DNA from: the human T2T-CHM13v2.0 reference genome, Homo sapiens
Direction: 5' to 3' (one strand)
DNA: 64,000 nt
Assembly (NCBI RefSeq): GCF_009914755.1
Contig: NC_060938.1
In this document: piece by piece, positions 1 through 43,763 of the stretch
How the letters are laid out: each line of letters starts with the position of its first letter
How positions within the stretch are numbered: the stretch's first letter is position 1
The notes under the pieces: generated by a model
Told to the model about the DNA's origin: nothing
Seen by the model: only the letters and a program-made list of their open reading frames with translations
Databases searched by the model: none
Position numbers and translations under genes: made by a program

Positions 1-27
1 GTCAGGAGATCAAGACCATCCTGGCTA

Positions 28-252
<225 letters not shown>

Positions 253-533
253 TCAGTTGATCAAAGGTTTTAATTCCCTATTACAATGAAATAGATGTTA
301 GGATGCATAACAAACTCAGTTGCATCTGTCTTTATGTGCTTTAAGATGAATGACTTTAAGTCCAGGCGCAGCGGTTCACACCTGTAATCCCAGCACTTTG
401 GGAGGCTGAGGCAGGTGGATCACAAGGTTAGGAGTTCAAGACCAGCCTGGCCAAGATGTTGACACCCCATTTCTACTAAAAATACAAAAATTAGCCAGGC
501 GCAGTGGCAGGCGCCTGTAATCCCAGCTACTCA

Positions 534-665
<132 letters not shown>

Positions 666-1370
666 TTAATCCTTGGATATACTATCAGGATCAGGATCTA
701 CTGGACCCAACTTTAGCCTTTCAGGGTTGTTTTTTTGTTTTTGGGCTCTACTCTTAAGGATTGATATTTCATGATTTTTTGTTCCTTCGTAGAAGTCTTC
801 CAAACAACAAAGAGAAAATTTATTTTCTAAAAAAATAGATGTGGTGACTCACACCTGTAATCCTAGCAGTTTGGGAAGCTGAAGGGGGAGGATCCCTTGA
901 GCCCAGGAGTTCAAGACCACCCTGGAAAATATGGTGAAACCCCATCTGTACCAAAAATATAGAAAAATTAGCAGAGCGTGGTAGTGTGTGACTTTAATCC
1001 CAGCTACTCAGGAGGCTGAGGTGGGAGAGTAACCTCAACCCAGGGAGGTCAAGGCAGCAGTGAGCCGTGATGGTGCCATTACATGACTGTGCCACTGCCT
1101 GGGCGATAGAGTGAGATTCTGTCTCAAAAATAAAATACATAAAATTAAAAAATAGAATAAAACTCATTCTATTTACAATTCCCATATAGATCCATTGGAC
1201 CCTTATACATCTAGGACACATAGTGGGATTTACTAATTTTTTTTTTTGTATGTTGAAACGTTCTGCTACTTCATCATCCATAGAATTATTTCATCCTTAC
1301 TGATCAATTATTCCAAGCTATGCTTTAAAAAAGATGAAAGTCAGGCTGGCGCAGTGGCTCACGCCTATAA

Positions 1371-1726
<356 letters not shown>

Positions 1727-2393
1727 TGATCCGCCCTCCTCGGCCTCCCAAAGTGCTGGGATTGCAGGCGTGGGCTTTTTTTGCTTTTTTAAATAGGGAT
1801 GGGGTCTTGCTATGCTGCCTAGGTTGGAATTGAACTCCTGGACTCAAGGGATCCTCCCACCTTGGCCTTTCAAAGTGTTGGGATTATAGGTATGAACTAC
1901 CACACCTATAATTTTTTCCAGTATGCTGGTTACGAGGTTTCAACCTGAGGAAGAGTAGAAAGGGAATGGAATTTTTTTTAACTCCTGTGAAAGGAAGGTC
2001 AGAACATCTAAGAGATTGTAAAAAATATAAAATCTCATATAAGCTCCCTTCAAAAGAAAGTCTTTTAAAAGCAAATACTCCTAAGTTCACTATTTCCTCA
2101 AACTGGCATTTCTTAAAATGCCAGAGACTAAAAAGAGAGGGAAAGATTATGTGGTCGAATAAAGACATGTATAGCCAAGAACATTTCTTAAAGATATTTG
2201 ACCTTGCAACTTTTTTCCCAGGGATTATCTTGAGTCAAGTATTCTAAACACCCTATGAAAGACTTTGCCTTCCACCATTAAATATTAGTTAATACGTAAC
2301 AGCCAGTAATCTTCCTACTTCAGAACCCACAGGTATTTCTAAACTGAGGTTCCAGTACTACAGTCAGTGAAGTATAATGTCAATTTCTTGGAA

Positions 2394-2421
2394 CTGTAGA
2401 TGTTAACCACCAGATGGAGCT
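2394..2421 (+). promoter_or_regulatory. Candidate CTCF site
   Basis: CCACCAGATGGAGC core at 2407-2420 with a CTGTAG upstream-module-like motif; motif match only. Confidence 0.45.
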
Positions 2422-2869
2422 TTCACCTCTACTTTTCCTTTTTAGGTTTACTCTGTTTTCTAGTATTGATGAAGCACTTGTAGTTTTTTCTAACATGGAT
2501 TCTCTTCCATTTGTTCAGATAGTGACAGGTTAAGGCACTGGCCAACTATTTTTGGAGTAGTCACTTGAAAAAGCAATATTCAGATTCTTATAATTTTGAA
2601 TTTTCAGCACCAGTAGTGTGTTAAAGTTATATTCACGGAATAACATCTGTCTGATCCTCTATTCTGCACTCATAATGACTACAATTGTATTAAATATAAT
2701 AAGGCTAATTAATAAGTCACATGGAAATTACAGAATAGTAAACTCAAGCCTTTGTGATCATTTAGTCTAATCCCCATACATGACAAATGAATGTGAGGAC
2801 AAGAGAAGTGGCACACTTAACAACACCCTAGGCCAGGGTGCTGATGCTCATTTAAAACCTACAACACTG

Positions 2870-3606
2870 GCTTTGCAGACACCACTGCCGGAGCCCTGTA
2901 CTATCAACCATGGTGAACCCCACCGTGTTCTTCAACATCGTGGTTGACGGCGAGCCCTTGGGCCGTGTCTCCTTCAAGCAGTTTGCAGAAAAGTTTCCAA
3001 AGACAGCAGAAAACTCATGCTCTGACCACTGGAGAGAAAGGATTGGATTATAAGTGTTCCCTTCTTTCACAGAATTATTCCAGGGTTTATGTGTCAGGGT
3101 GGTGACTTCACATGCCATAATGGCACTGGTGGCAAGTCCATCTACGGGGAGAAATTTAATAATGAGAACTTCATCCTAAAGCATACAGGTCCTGGCATCT
3201 TGTCCATGGCAAATGCTGGACCCATCACAAACAGTTCCCAGTTTTTCATCTGCACTGCCAAGACTGAGTGGTTGGATGGCAGGCCATGTGGTCTTTGGCA
3301 AGTTGAAAGAAGGCATGAATATTGTGGAGGCCATGGAGTGCTTTGGGTCCAGTGGCAAGACCAAGACCACCATTGCTGACTGTGGATAACTCTAATAAGT
3401 TTGACTTGTGTTTTTATCTTAACCACCAGACCATTCTGTCTGTAGCTCAATAGAGCACGCCTTCACCCCATTTTTTCGCAGTATCCTATAATCTTTGTGC
3501 TCTCACTGCAGTTTCCTTTGGGTTCCATGTTTTCCTTGTTTCCGTCCATGCCTAGCTGGATTGCAGAGTTAAGTTTATAATTATGAAATAAAAACTAAAT
3601 AACAAA
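2870..3606 (+). pseudogene. PPIA (cyclophilin A) processed pseudogene
   Basis: Intronless; ATG 2910 [22 protein letters not shown]..., then frameshifts; [23 protein letters not shown]...[13 protein letters not shown]; PPIA-like UTRs; 17-bp TSD TAAAACCTACAACACTG at 2853-2869 and 3607-3623. Confidence 0.95.
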
Positions 3607-3900
3607 TAAAACCTACAACACTGAGTTTTCATTTCATGCCTGTCTTTTCCTCTTTAAATGCTGACAAGACTAGATTTTCTAACTCTTGTTCAAATAGCAA
3701 TTGTTTATTTTATATTTTATATATATTTTTGAGACAGGGTCTCACTGTGTCACCTAGCCTGGAGTACAGTGGCAGGATCACAGCTTATTGCAGCCTCGAC
3801 CTCCTGGGCTCAGGTGATCTTTCCACCTAAGCCTCCTGGGCAGCTGGGACTTACAGGTGTGTGCCAGGATGCCCAGCTAATTTTTGTATTTTTTGTATAG

Positions 3901-4008
<108 letters not shown>

Positions 4009-5461
4009 TAGCAATCTTCTCTATTCCACAGAGTGCCCCAACAGTGATATACTCCAATATCTCTTCATTCTGTCACTCTGACCAATCCCAGAATTTAAGA
4101 GTTAATTTTATAAAACTAAACAAATGAGGGGCCTGGCCCAGTGGCTTACATCTGTAATCCCAGCACTTTGGGAGGCCGAGGCAGGCGGATCATGAGGTCA
4201 GGAGATCGAGACCATCCTGGCTAACACAGTGAAACCCCGTCTCTACTAAAAATACAAAAATTAGCCGGGCATGGTGACATGCGCCTGTAATCCCAGCTAC
4301 TCCGGAGGCTGAGGAAGGAGAACGGCGTGAACCCGGAGGCGGAGCTTGCAGTGAGCCGAGATCGCGTCACTGCACTCCAGCCTGGGCAAAAGAACGAGAC
4401 TCGTCTCAAAAAAAAACCTAAACAAATGAAATTTGTTGATTTGCCCTTAAACCATTTACAGTGGCCCAAAGAAAACATGAATATCTACTGGCATATTTAT
4501 TTTTCTTTTTATCTTTTATTTATTTGATTTGTAAAGAACATGAGTAATTTAAAAGCCATATAACAAAGGAGGGAAATCCCACTCTAAAACGGAACAGATT
4601 TGCATTTTTACTTCAAAAGAGGAGTAAAGTTTTTGTTTCATGTTCCATAATTAAACTAGACCTTGTCTTGATTTTCTGACATCAAGTCAGCATTCTCTCT
4701 TAGTGGCTCTGGACCTCAGAGCCAGAGGATAGCATTCTCAGACAACGGAGACAAGGAGACTACTCATGCCTAGATGGCAATGTACTAAGACTAGGAAGCA
4801 AACTGGATCTCTCCGCATTTAGTCTTCATTGCCTCTCTCTAATTTATGGCCAGTGGATCATAAAGACTCACAGGAACCTTCCCTGGGACTTGTCTTTTTT
4901 TGTTGTTTTTTTTTGTTGTTACTAATCTTTACTCAGCTGTATCTTGTGCAGCATAGAGATTTAGAGCAATGGCTTGGCGCCCAGGATAGAATCTCAATTC
5001 CATTACTTCCTTGTTGTATGATCTGGGCATGTTGCACAGTTTCTTCACCTGCAAATGAAGATAACAATACTACCACTTAAATGGCCATGTATTGTGAAGA
5101 CTAAACGAGATAATCCATGTAAAAGATTTAGCCCTGAGAAAGAGAAAAACAGCGCCGGAGGGCTGGAATGTGGCGAAACCCTGTGTCTCCTAAAAATACA
5201 AAAATTAGCCAGGTGTGGTGGCCTCAGAAGGCTGAGGCACAAGACTCGCTCAAACACAGGAGAGGCGGAGGTTGCTGTGAGCAAAGATCGCAACTACACT
5301 GCAGCCTGGGCAACAGGGCGACAGAGCAAGATTCTGTCTCAAAAAAAAAAAATCCCACCTAGAATGCCTTTTAAAATGTCAGTTTCTTAGCCCCACACCC
5401 CATCAACAGAAACAGAAGCTCTGGAAGAAATAGCTGTAAAATACAGGATTCCATATTTTAA

Positions 5462-5702
<241 letters not shown>

Positions 5703-6899
5703 TGATTTCAAGTGATCCACCTGCCTTGGCCTCCCAAAGTGCTGGGATTACAGGTGTGAGCCACCACGTCCAGCCGGATGACTCTTATACACACTAACAT
5801 TTGAGAATAACTGAGCCACTTAAAGGGATAGAAAACACAGAGACATGGGAGGCTGAAGCAGCTAGATCATCTGAGGTCAGGAGTTTAAGACCAGCCTGGC
5901 CAACATGACAAAACCCGTCTCTACTAAAAATAAAAAAATTAGCCGGGCATGGTGGTGGGTGCCTATAATCCCAGCTCCTCAGGAGGCTGAGGCAGGAGAA
6001 TCACTTGAACCCGGGAGGCACAGGTGGCAGTGAGCAGTACCACTGCACTCCAGCCTGGGTGACAGAGCGAGACTCCGTCTCAAAAAAAAAAAAAAAAAAA
6101 GGAAAATAATAAAAGAAAAGAAAACACAGAGACAGAGATAAACTGTAGTTGGCTGTGTAAGGTTGACTTAACAGATGCCTCCATCATCAATAAACAGCCA
6201 CATCATCAATAAACACACAACAGAATGTTCTGTTCTCACAATCGTCATGTAACTCCTACAGCTAACCAATCGTGTGAGAAATACTGAAACAAGAATTTTT
6301 CCATCATAAACTAAAAACCGGCGATAAATCTCTAAAAACAGGGCACCAGAAGTAGTTCAGTACCTTAGGAATATTTCTTCCTGGGAATAGATGAAATGTT
6401 ATTGTAGTTTCAGAAGTTCACCTTTCCAAATAGCGTTTTTTCAGAATAACTTCATCAACCAAATATAACTTATCTCATGTGTTCCATATTTCACTGAAGC
6501 ATTAAAAAATACTTAGTGCAATTTCTGAAAACTTCACTCAAAAAATCATTACTAATTCTTTTAAATAAAATTAGATTTGAAGTAGCACGAAGCTATATTA
6601 TTACCTCTTCTTTTGGAAAATAATTTATTATTATTTCCCAGGACAACCTTTGTTCCATTCTCCTATTGTCTCCTTTCTTCCTTAATCCATGCATAGTTCT
6701 GACACATACTTATGCACAAACTCCAATGTTAGCCATTGTTCCATTGGTAGTTGATTGGCAAGGTAACCTTTTCTCCAGAAAAAAATTGAAAGAAAATGCT
6801 AATAATTTACAGTAAAAAATAAAAATTAAAAAAAATGTATTTGTGGCCTGGCCCAGTGGCTCACACCTGTAATCCCAGCACTTTGGTAGGCCAAGGTGA

Positions 6900-7191
<292 letters not shown>

Positions 7192-7253
7192 TGATGTGCC
7201 CAGCTCGGCCTCCCAAAGTGGTGGGATTACAGGCATGAGCCACTGCGCCTGGC

Positions 7254-7830
<577 letters not shown>

Positions 7831-8982
7831 CGTCACTACTTACTTTTTCAAATTTGTCCTTGATTATCACCAAAATGTTGGACGACAGGAGTATTTCTCC
7901 CTATTCTAAGTCTGTTTTTCCCAAAACCAGTGAAAATTTGTTAACCAAATAACTGTAGTTTGCAGCCAGGTGATATCTTTCCAAGTGTCCCAATTGTTTA
8001 GTTACAGTTCCTAAGCATTAAGTACTTAAATAAGCTAAGGACTATCCTCACTTTATCTTCAATTTAGACTTACATCCTGGTTTGAAATCAATTCCTTGCA
8101 AACTAAAGGCAGTGCCATAAATAAAAATTTTTAACCTTCTAAAATAAACATCAGTGTTAGAAAATAAGTCAATTGTATTCACTCAATTGTATTTGTTTAG
8201 AAATAATCAGATATTATACTTGTTTCTTGCACATTCTTGCCTTGTTTCCTCACCTATGAAATGGAGATAATAATACTATCTACCTAACAAGATTGACCTA
8301 ACATTTTTGTTAATTTCTGGGTGTTAGCATTAGTTTCATTTTTTTCACTATTTGTATTTAAACGAAGAGATTTTTCTTTAAAACAAAAATTAAAAAGTGC
8401 TGGCTATTCTAGGAGTAATATTCATTCCAAATAAACATACAGTGATCTTTGAAGTGGTCAAGCACTAGAAATTTCTGTAGAAAATTAATTTTTCATTCAT
8501 TTGGCATCGCATAAATCTAGGTTGGAATTGGTTCTTCCTCTTTGGAAGGTCAGTCCCTGCCCTAAGAGAGCGGTATATTACCACCCACTTCACAAGACTG
8601 TTCTAAGAATCAAATGAGAAAATGTGTTTATGAAGAGTTTAAGAATTTAGAGCTCCATGAATGATAATTACAGTAATATTGTTCATTAATTCAAAAAACA
8701 TTTTTAAGGATCCCTCACTACTAGGGATGCATAAAAGTTGCTAACCCTCGGCCTTTACCCAGCGTTAGAAGACAAAACAGAGGGTAAAAGTCCCAGAAAC
8801 GCGTTCGAACCAATTCAGCTAGGAATTAAATTCTCAGATCCTTTATTACACCACCGGAGCCTTAACCTTGAGGCAAGCAGCAATTTGTTCATGCGCAGTT
8901 AACGCTCCCTAAACTGCCACTTGCTCAGCTCCGCGCCTAAGGTGTCTATTAGTACGCCTGCGCTGTGACCTAGAATGGGCGC

Positions 8983-31161
<22,179 letters not shown>

Positions 31162-31623
31162 TGTAGCTGATCTCTCAGGGATAGAAGATATTTCTCATGA
31201 AGGCAGCCTAACTCTGAGGAAAACAATGCCAATTCAAGTACAGATTTCAACACATCTTCAACACTATGTGAAGGGTTCACATCTTAACCTGTGCAATTCA
31301 GATTGATACTCAGAATATGGGTTGATTTGAATATCTGAAATATCAATGGAAAATCCCACTCAGTTTTTGATGAACAGTTTGAACAGTTTTCTGTAATCAA
31401 GCAGCTTGCATAGAAATTGTATGATGAAATTTTACATAGGTTCTTGGTGCTGTTTTGTTCTTTTTTTGTTTTTTGTTGTTTTGTTATTTACTTATATACA
31501 TATAAAATTTTATTGAAAATATGTTTTGGTTACTAAAATTTTGTTTGACTCCTAACAAAAGACAATGGATGGCCTTAGCATCAGAATTAAAATAATCTGG
31601 ATTAAATGGCAATGTGTTCATAG

Positions 31624-31989
<366 letters not shown>

Positions 31990-32737
31990 TAAATGCTTTA
32001 TTGCACAAATAGAACTTTATCTAACAAATCACTTTCAAAAATAACAGGTCAACTGTTTTAATTTGTTTATGTCACTTATAACTTACCTATTTCTGTATCA
32101 GGTAGGAATGTTTTCTGCTTTAAGTAACACAAAAGATCCAAGTGGCAATGGTTCTTCAAATAGGGGTTTTTCTCAGATAACAAGAAGTCTAAAGGAGCTG
32201 GCCACTGGCATTGGTTTAGTGACTCAGTGATATCAGGGGCTCAGATTCCTTTAGCCTTTCTGTCATGGAAACAAGATGGCCATTGCAGTTCAAGCCAATG
32301 TGTCTGTATTCAAGACAAAAAGAAGGGGAAGCAGGGCCTTCCACATCTGATCCTTTTCTCATAAATGTAAAATCTTTTCTAGAAATTTAGATCAGACTTG
32401 TGTTCATCTGCTAGCCATAAATGTACAACATGATCACCCCTTGTTCCCAGGAAAGTGGGAAAATGAAGCTGTACGCCTTTCCAGTCTCACTAATGGAAGG
32501 TGGGAAAGGAAAATGGGGATTGGGAATTACCATGGATCAGACAACCAACAGTTTTGCCACCAGTTATAATTAGAGCAGAGGTCATTTTATATTTGAATCT
32601 TTTCTGTAATGTCTTCATAAAGCTCACTTTATTATTATTTTTGTTTGTTTTTGAGACGAGTCTCGCTTGGTTGCCCAGGCTGGAGTGCAGTGACGCAATC
32701 TCGGCTCACGCAACCTCCACCTCCCAGGTTCAAGTGA

Positions 32738-32962
<225 letters not shown>

Positions 32963-33875
32963 TAAGTACTTAAAAATTTCCTCATTGTTGGATATCTAGT
33001 TTTGTTTTCAGTGCTAACCTAATATAAAAAAATACTACACAGATATCTTCATGTATGCAATGTTTCTTTTCAAACTTTTTTCCTTTGATCAAAAGTTTCC
33101 TTTTCCCAAAAGTAGGCAAGCCATAAGAGTCTATCATTTAATACTGCATTTGAAAACTTGGCTAAACTGAGGTTTCTAAAATTGTTTTTGTTTCTCATAT
33201 AATTCTGGTGTGAGAAGTTCAGGATGGTGCAGCAGCTTTACAATGTCTTAAATATTCTGGGCTCCATCCAGATTTCTCTTTCATCATTTGAGTATGCAGT
33301 TTTCATCTTTTTGTTTATGAAGTATGGTTTATCTCTTGCCTCACATCTACACTCCAGGGAGGGAAATGGCACCACCCCTTCTTGTCATTTATATCTGGGA
33401 GCAGAGCATTTTAAGAAACCTTCAACTCGATATCTCATTGGCCAGAATTATGACATATGACCAGCCCTAATTGTAAAGAATGCTGGAAGATGTACCTGGA
33501 CACATTGCTACTCCTAACAAAAGTGGAGTTCTATTTTGAAAGGGGAGAGTGGATATTGGGTAGGCAGCCAGCAGTCTACTATAAAGGGTTTAGATTACCA
33601 ACCTGTACCACAGCTAGCTGTGTTATAGCCTCACATTTTTTGCTGATATGATGCTTGGGGTGGGGGTTTGGGAAGTGGGTTGGGGATTGCTTTAATAGAA
33701 GTAAAGTGTCAATTGTTTTATATTTCTCTCATAACGTGGCTGGGCATACACTTAGGCATTCTACTCATAGAGAATAAAATTACTGAGAACTAGATAATAT
33801 TAAGAAGAAGGTGGCTGGGTGCAGTGGCTCACACCTGTAATCCCAGCACTTTGGGAGGCCGAGGCGGGTGGATCA

Positions 33876-34254
<379 letters not shown>

Positions 34255-34996
34255 TCACAACATGGTGAAACCCCATCTCTACTAAAAATACAAAAAAATT
34301 AGCCAGGCATGGTGGCAGACATGTGTAATCCCAGCTACTCAGAAGACTGAGGCAGAATCGCTTGAACCCGGGAGGCAGAGGTGGCGGTGAGGCAAGATCA
34401 CGCCACTGCACTCTAGCCTGGGCAACAGAGCAAGACTCCCATCTCCCAAAAAAAAAAAAAAAAAAAATTAATGCAGTTACACCTCTACTAGCAAGCTGGA
34501 GGATCTCTAATAGTTAACCAAGAAACCATTTTTATAATGACTTACCTTGGCATAAAGCCATTTTTCAGGAGGATAGAGACAAATAGAAATAAACATTTCA
34601 TTGTATTTATTTATTTTTGATATAGAGTCTTGCTCTGTTATCCAGGCTGGAGTGCAATGGTGTGATCTCAGCTCACTGCAACCTCTGCCTCCCGAGTAGC
34701 TGGGATTACAGGTGCCCATCACCATGCCGGGCTAAGTTTTGTATTTTTAGTAGAGAGAAGCTTTCGCCATGTTGTTCAGTCTGGTCTTGAACTCCTGACC
34801 TCGGGTGATCCGCCCACCTCAGCCTCCTAAAGTGCTGGTATTATAAGTGTGAGCCACTGTGCCTGGCCAGAAATAAACATTTTAAACCAGAGAAGCAGAT
34901 ATTTTAAACCAAAAGGTCTTTACCAGCTGCATCTGTTGACTTCCTGTAACTTCAGGGCTATCCCCCTACCCCTACCCAGCTCCCAGCCTAGGGCAC

Positions 34997-38188
<3,192 letters not shown>

Positions 38189-38486
38189 GGCACCCTGTGG
38201 AATCCCAGGACTCCAAAAAAGTCTAAAAATCACTGGTTGTTTTATCATGTTTTCCCACTCCAGATAAAAAAATCTGTATTGGGGGAATGATTATTTTAAA
38301 ATCCCAAATAGGCCAGGCACAGTGGCTCACGCCTGTAATCCCAGCACTTTGGAGGGAGAGGTGGGTGGATCACCTGAAGTCAGGAGTTCAAGACCAGCCT
38401 GGCCAACATGGTGAAACCCCATCTCTACTAAAAGTACAAACAATTAGCCAGGTGTGGTGGTAGGCACCTGTAATCCCAGCTACTCA

Positions 38487-38591
<105 letters not shown>

Positions 38592-38645
38592 TCAAAAAAA
38601 TAAAAATAAAATAAAAATCCCAAATAATATAGAAACTTAATGTCA

Positions 38646-39035
<390 letters not shown>

Positions 39036-39168
39036 TTAAATATTACATTTGCAGTATCCTGTAGCAAAACTTTTTCTCTTAATATACCAGTTAACATCTT
39101 TCCATGTAAATTCATGTAAATCTATTTCATCCTTTTTAACAGCTGCACAGAATTTCCTTGAATGTTAG

Positions 39169-39351
<183 letters not shown>

Positions 39352-39442
39352 TAGTAGAGACAGGGTTTCTCCATGTTAGTCAGGCTGGTCTTGAACTCCT
39401 GACCTCAGGTGATCCACCCGCCTCGGCCTCCCAAAGTGCTGA

Positions 39443-39766
<324 letters not shown>

Positions 39767-40647
39767 TGAGCCACCGCACCTGGCTGTTAGCATCATAATT
39801 TAATAAAGTACCATCAATGGACACTTAACCAAATAGTGAAAATCCTTATACATACAAGTTCTCATACTCATTTACTTAATTAGGTTAACTTTGTAGAAGT
39901 GGAATTGCTGAGTTAAATTATATGTTTTAAAGTTATACGTGCATTTTTAAAATGCAAATATGTGGCTGGGAGCCGTGGCTCCCGCCTGTATCCCAGCTCT
40001 TTGGGAGGCTGAGGCAGGTGGATCACTTGAGCCCAGGAGTTTGAGACTGGCCTGGGCAACATAGGGAGACCCATCTCTATTATTACAAAAAAATTTGCAA
40101 ATATTCGCTTATGTGGTATGCACTGTAAATAATTTTCCTTTTTAAAATTGTGCTTTCTGCAATGCAAACTTTTTGTTATGTCATTTTGTTACTGTGGTTA
40201 AAAAACATGAAATCTGGCCCTAAGCCAAATTTCTGAAGCCCTCATATAAACTCTACACCCTGACCTCGTCATTGTGTACATTCACAGGTTGAACATACCC
40301 AGGGAGAAAGAAAATCCCTTATCTCGCCGGTCCCAGGCTGGAGTGCAAGGGCACTATCACAGTTCACTGGAGCTTCAACCTCCCATGCTCATGAAACCCT
40401 TCAGGCTCAAAAAATCATCTTGCCTCAGCCTCCCAAGAAACTGGGAGTACATACTTGGCTAACTTTTTTTTTATTTTAAGAGATGAGCTCTCGCCACATT
40501 TCCCAGACTGGTCTCCTGAGCTCAACCAATCCCATCTTGGCCTCCTAAAGTGCTTGGCTAACAAGTGTGAATCACTGCACCCAGCCTGCTTGGCCTGCTC
40601 TGCCATCTTGTATACTTGATTGATTGATTGATTGATTGACTGATTGA

Positions 40648-40836
<189 letters not shown>

Positions 40837-40924
40837 TAGGCTGGTCTCAAACTCCTGACCTCAGGTGATCCGCCCACCTCAGACTCCCAAAGTGCCGGGA
40901 TTACAGATGCGAGCCACCACACCA

Positions 40925-41768
<844 letters not shown>

Positions 41769-41769
41769 A

Positions 41770-42400
<631 letters not shown>

Positions 42401-42512
42401 TTACTACATTTCTTTGTTTTATAGTTTTCCTTTATGATTTCCTACATTTGTGTGTTGGAAAGGCCTTCTCCACCACAAAATCACGAAAGTATTATCACAT
42501 TTTCTTTAGTAC

Positions 42513-42518
42513 TTTATT
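42513..42518 (-). terminator. TRAPPC6B: Probable distal TRAPPC6B polyadenylation signal
   Basis: TTTATT on + (AATAAA on -) at the end of the Alu-free stretch. Confidence 0.6.
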
Positions 42519-42619
42519 GTTTTACAAGTGAACCTTTAAGTTTCTCCCCACCTACTCCCGCAGAAAAAGGCATATTCAATTGTCCCATACTAATTTTTGA
42601 ATAACCTAACTCTCCCTTT

Positions 42620-43210
42620 GTTTCTACTAAGAGAGGTTTCTTTTTGGCTACAAGTAACAATATACATATACCCAAAGCAAATGGAACAATATAAAGAATA
42701 TCTCACATAACAAAAAGTCCAAAGGTAAAGCAGTTCCTGGATTGGTTAATTCAGAAGCACAATTCAGGTGCTTTCTATCTACATCCCACTATTCTCAGTG
42801 TGATAGCTTTCATCTCCATACTTGTCCTTTCATGGCCATCAGAAGGCTGTTGCAGATTAGCTTCAAACATCCATATCACATATCTTCACTGAGAAGCAGA
42901 AGAGGGATGCTGGCAAATCCCTAACTTGTATCAATTGTTAAGAGCAACAGAAAATTTCTTATTCAAAGCCTTCAGACTTCCTTTGTCTCGTTAGCCTAGA
43001 TTCCATCAAATGATCAAGTAAGCCAATTACCATGATTGGCACAGAATCTAATCAACACTCACCCTCTCTAGGCTAGGGAAGCACCCTATTCTATAGCACA
43101 AGGCAGCCATACAGAGTTTTAGGCCAAAAAAAAAGAAAAAAAAAATGGGGCTTTGTCAGCAAGGAAGGGAGAACGAAATGGCTGATGGGTAGGCATATGA
43201 ATGTCTAACA
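42620..43210. mobile_element. Old MLT1J/K/L-like MaLR LTR in the TRAPPC6B 3' UTR (similar relics at ~32095-32560 and ~33170-33585)
   Basis: GCTACAAGTAACA...TCTCACATAACAAAAAGTCC...GGGTAGGCA motifs. Confidence 0.5.
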
Positions 43211-43432
43211 AACCAACTTATTTGAACCCAGCTTTTTCACACACACAATTCTCACACCTGTTTTATTTTGAAGTTCTCTATTGTGTTCTATTTTGATCTA
43301 CTTCTGTGTCATTAGCTATTCCTGGGTCATTATGACTTTTAATAAACTTTATACATGTATATTTGGTAGGAACTTTCCTAAATTTTTTCAAAATTAAAAT
43401 TTTTTCCCCAAAACATGTGAGAATTAGGATTG

Positions 43433-43763
43433 CAGTCATGCATTGCTTAGCAAAGGGGATACATTCTGAGAAATGCATCATCATTAGGAGATTTTAAAAT
43501 TGTACAATCACAGAGTGTACTTACACAAACCTAGATGGTATGATCTACTATACACCTAAGCTATGGCCTATTGCTCCTAGGCTACAAACCTGTACAGCAT
43601 ATTATTGTAGTGAATACTGTAGGACACTGTAACACAATGGTAAGTACTTGCATATCTAAACATAAAGAAGGTACAGTAAAAATACAGTATTGTAATCTTA
43701 TGGAACCACTGCCATATATGAGGTCTGTCACTGACTGAAACATCATTATAGGGCACATAACTA
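43433..43763 (+). mobile_element. Tigger3a/MER7-type DNA transposon in the TRAPPC6B 3' UTR
   Basis: CAGTCATGC terminus; GAGTGTACTTACACAAACCTAGATGGTA and TTGCTCCTAGGCTACAAACCTGTACAGCAT internal motifs. Confidence 0.8.

Noticed and set aside
3089-3379. 96-aa cyclophilin-like ORF
   Set aside because: Internal fragment of the frameshifted PPIA pseudogene; lacks the N-terminus and has an aberrant C-terminus.
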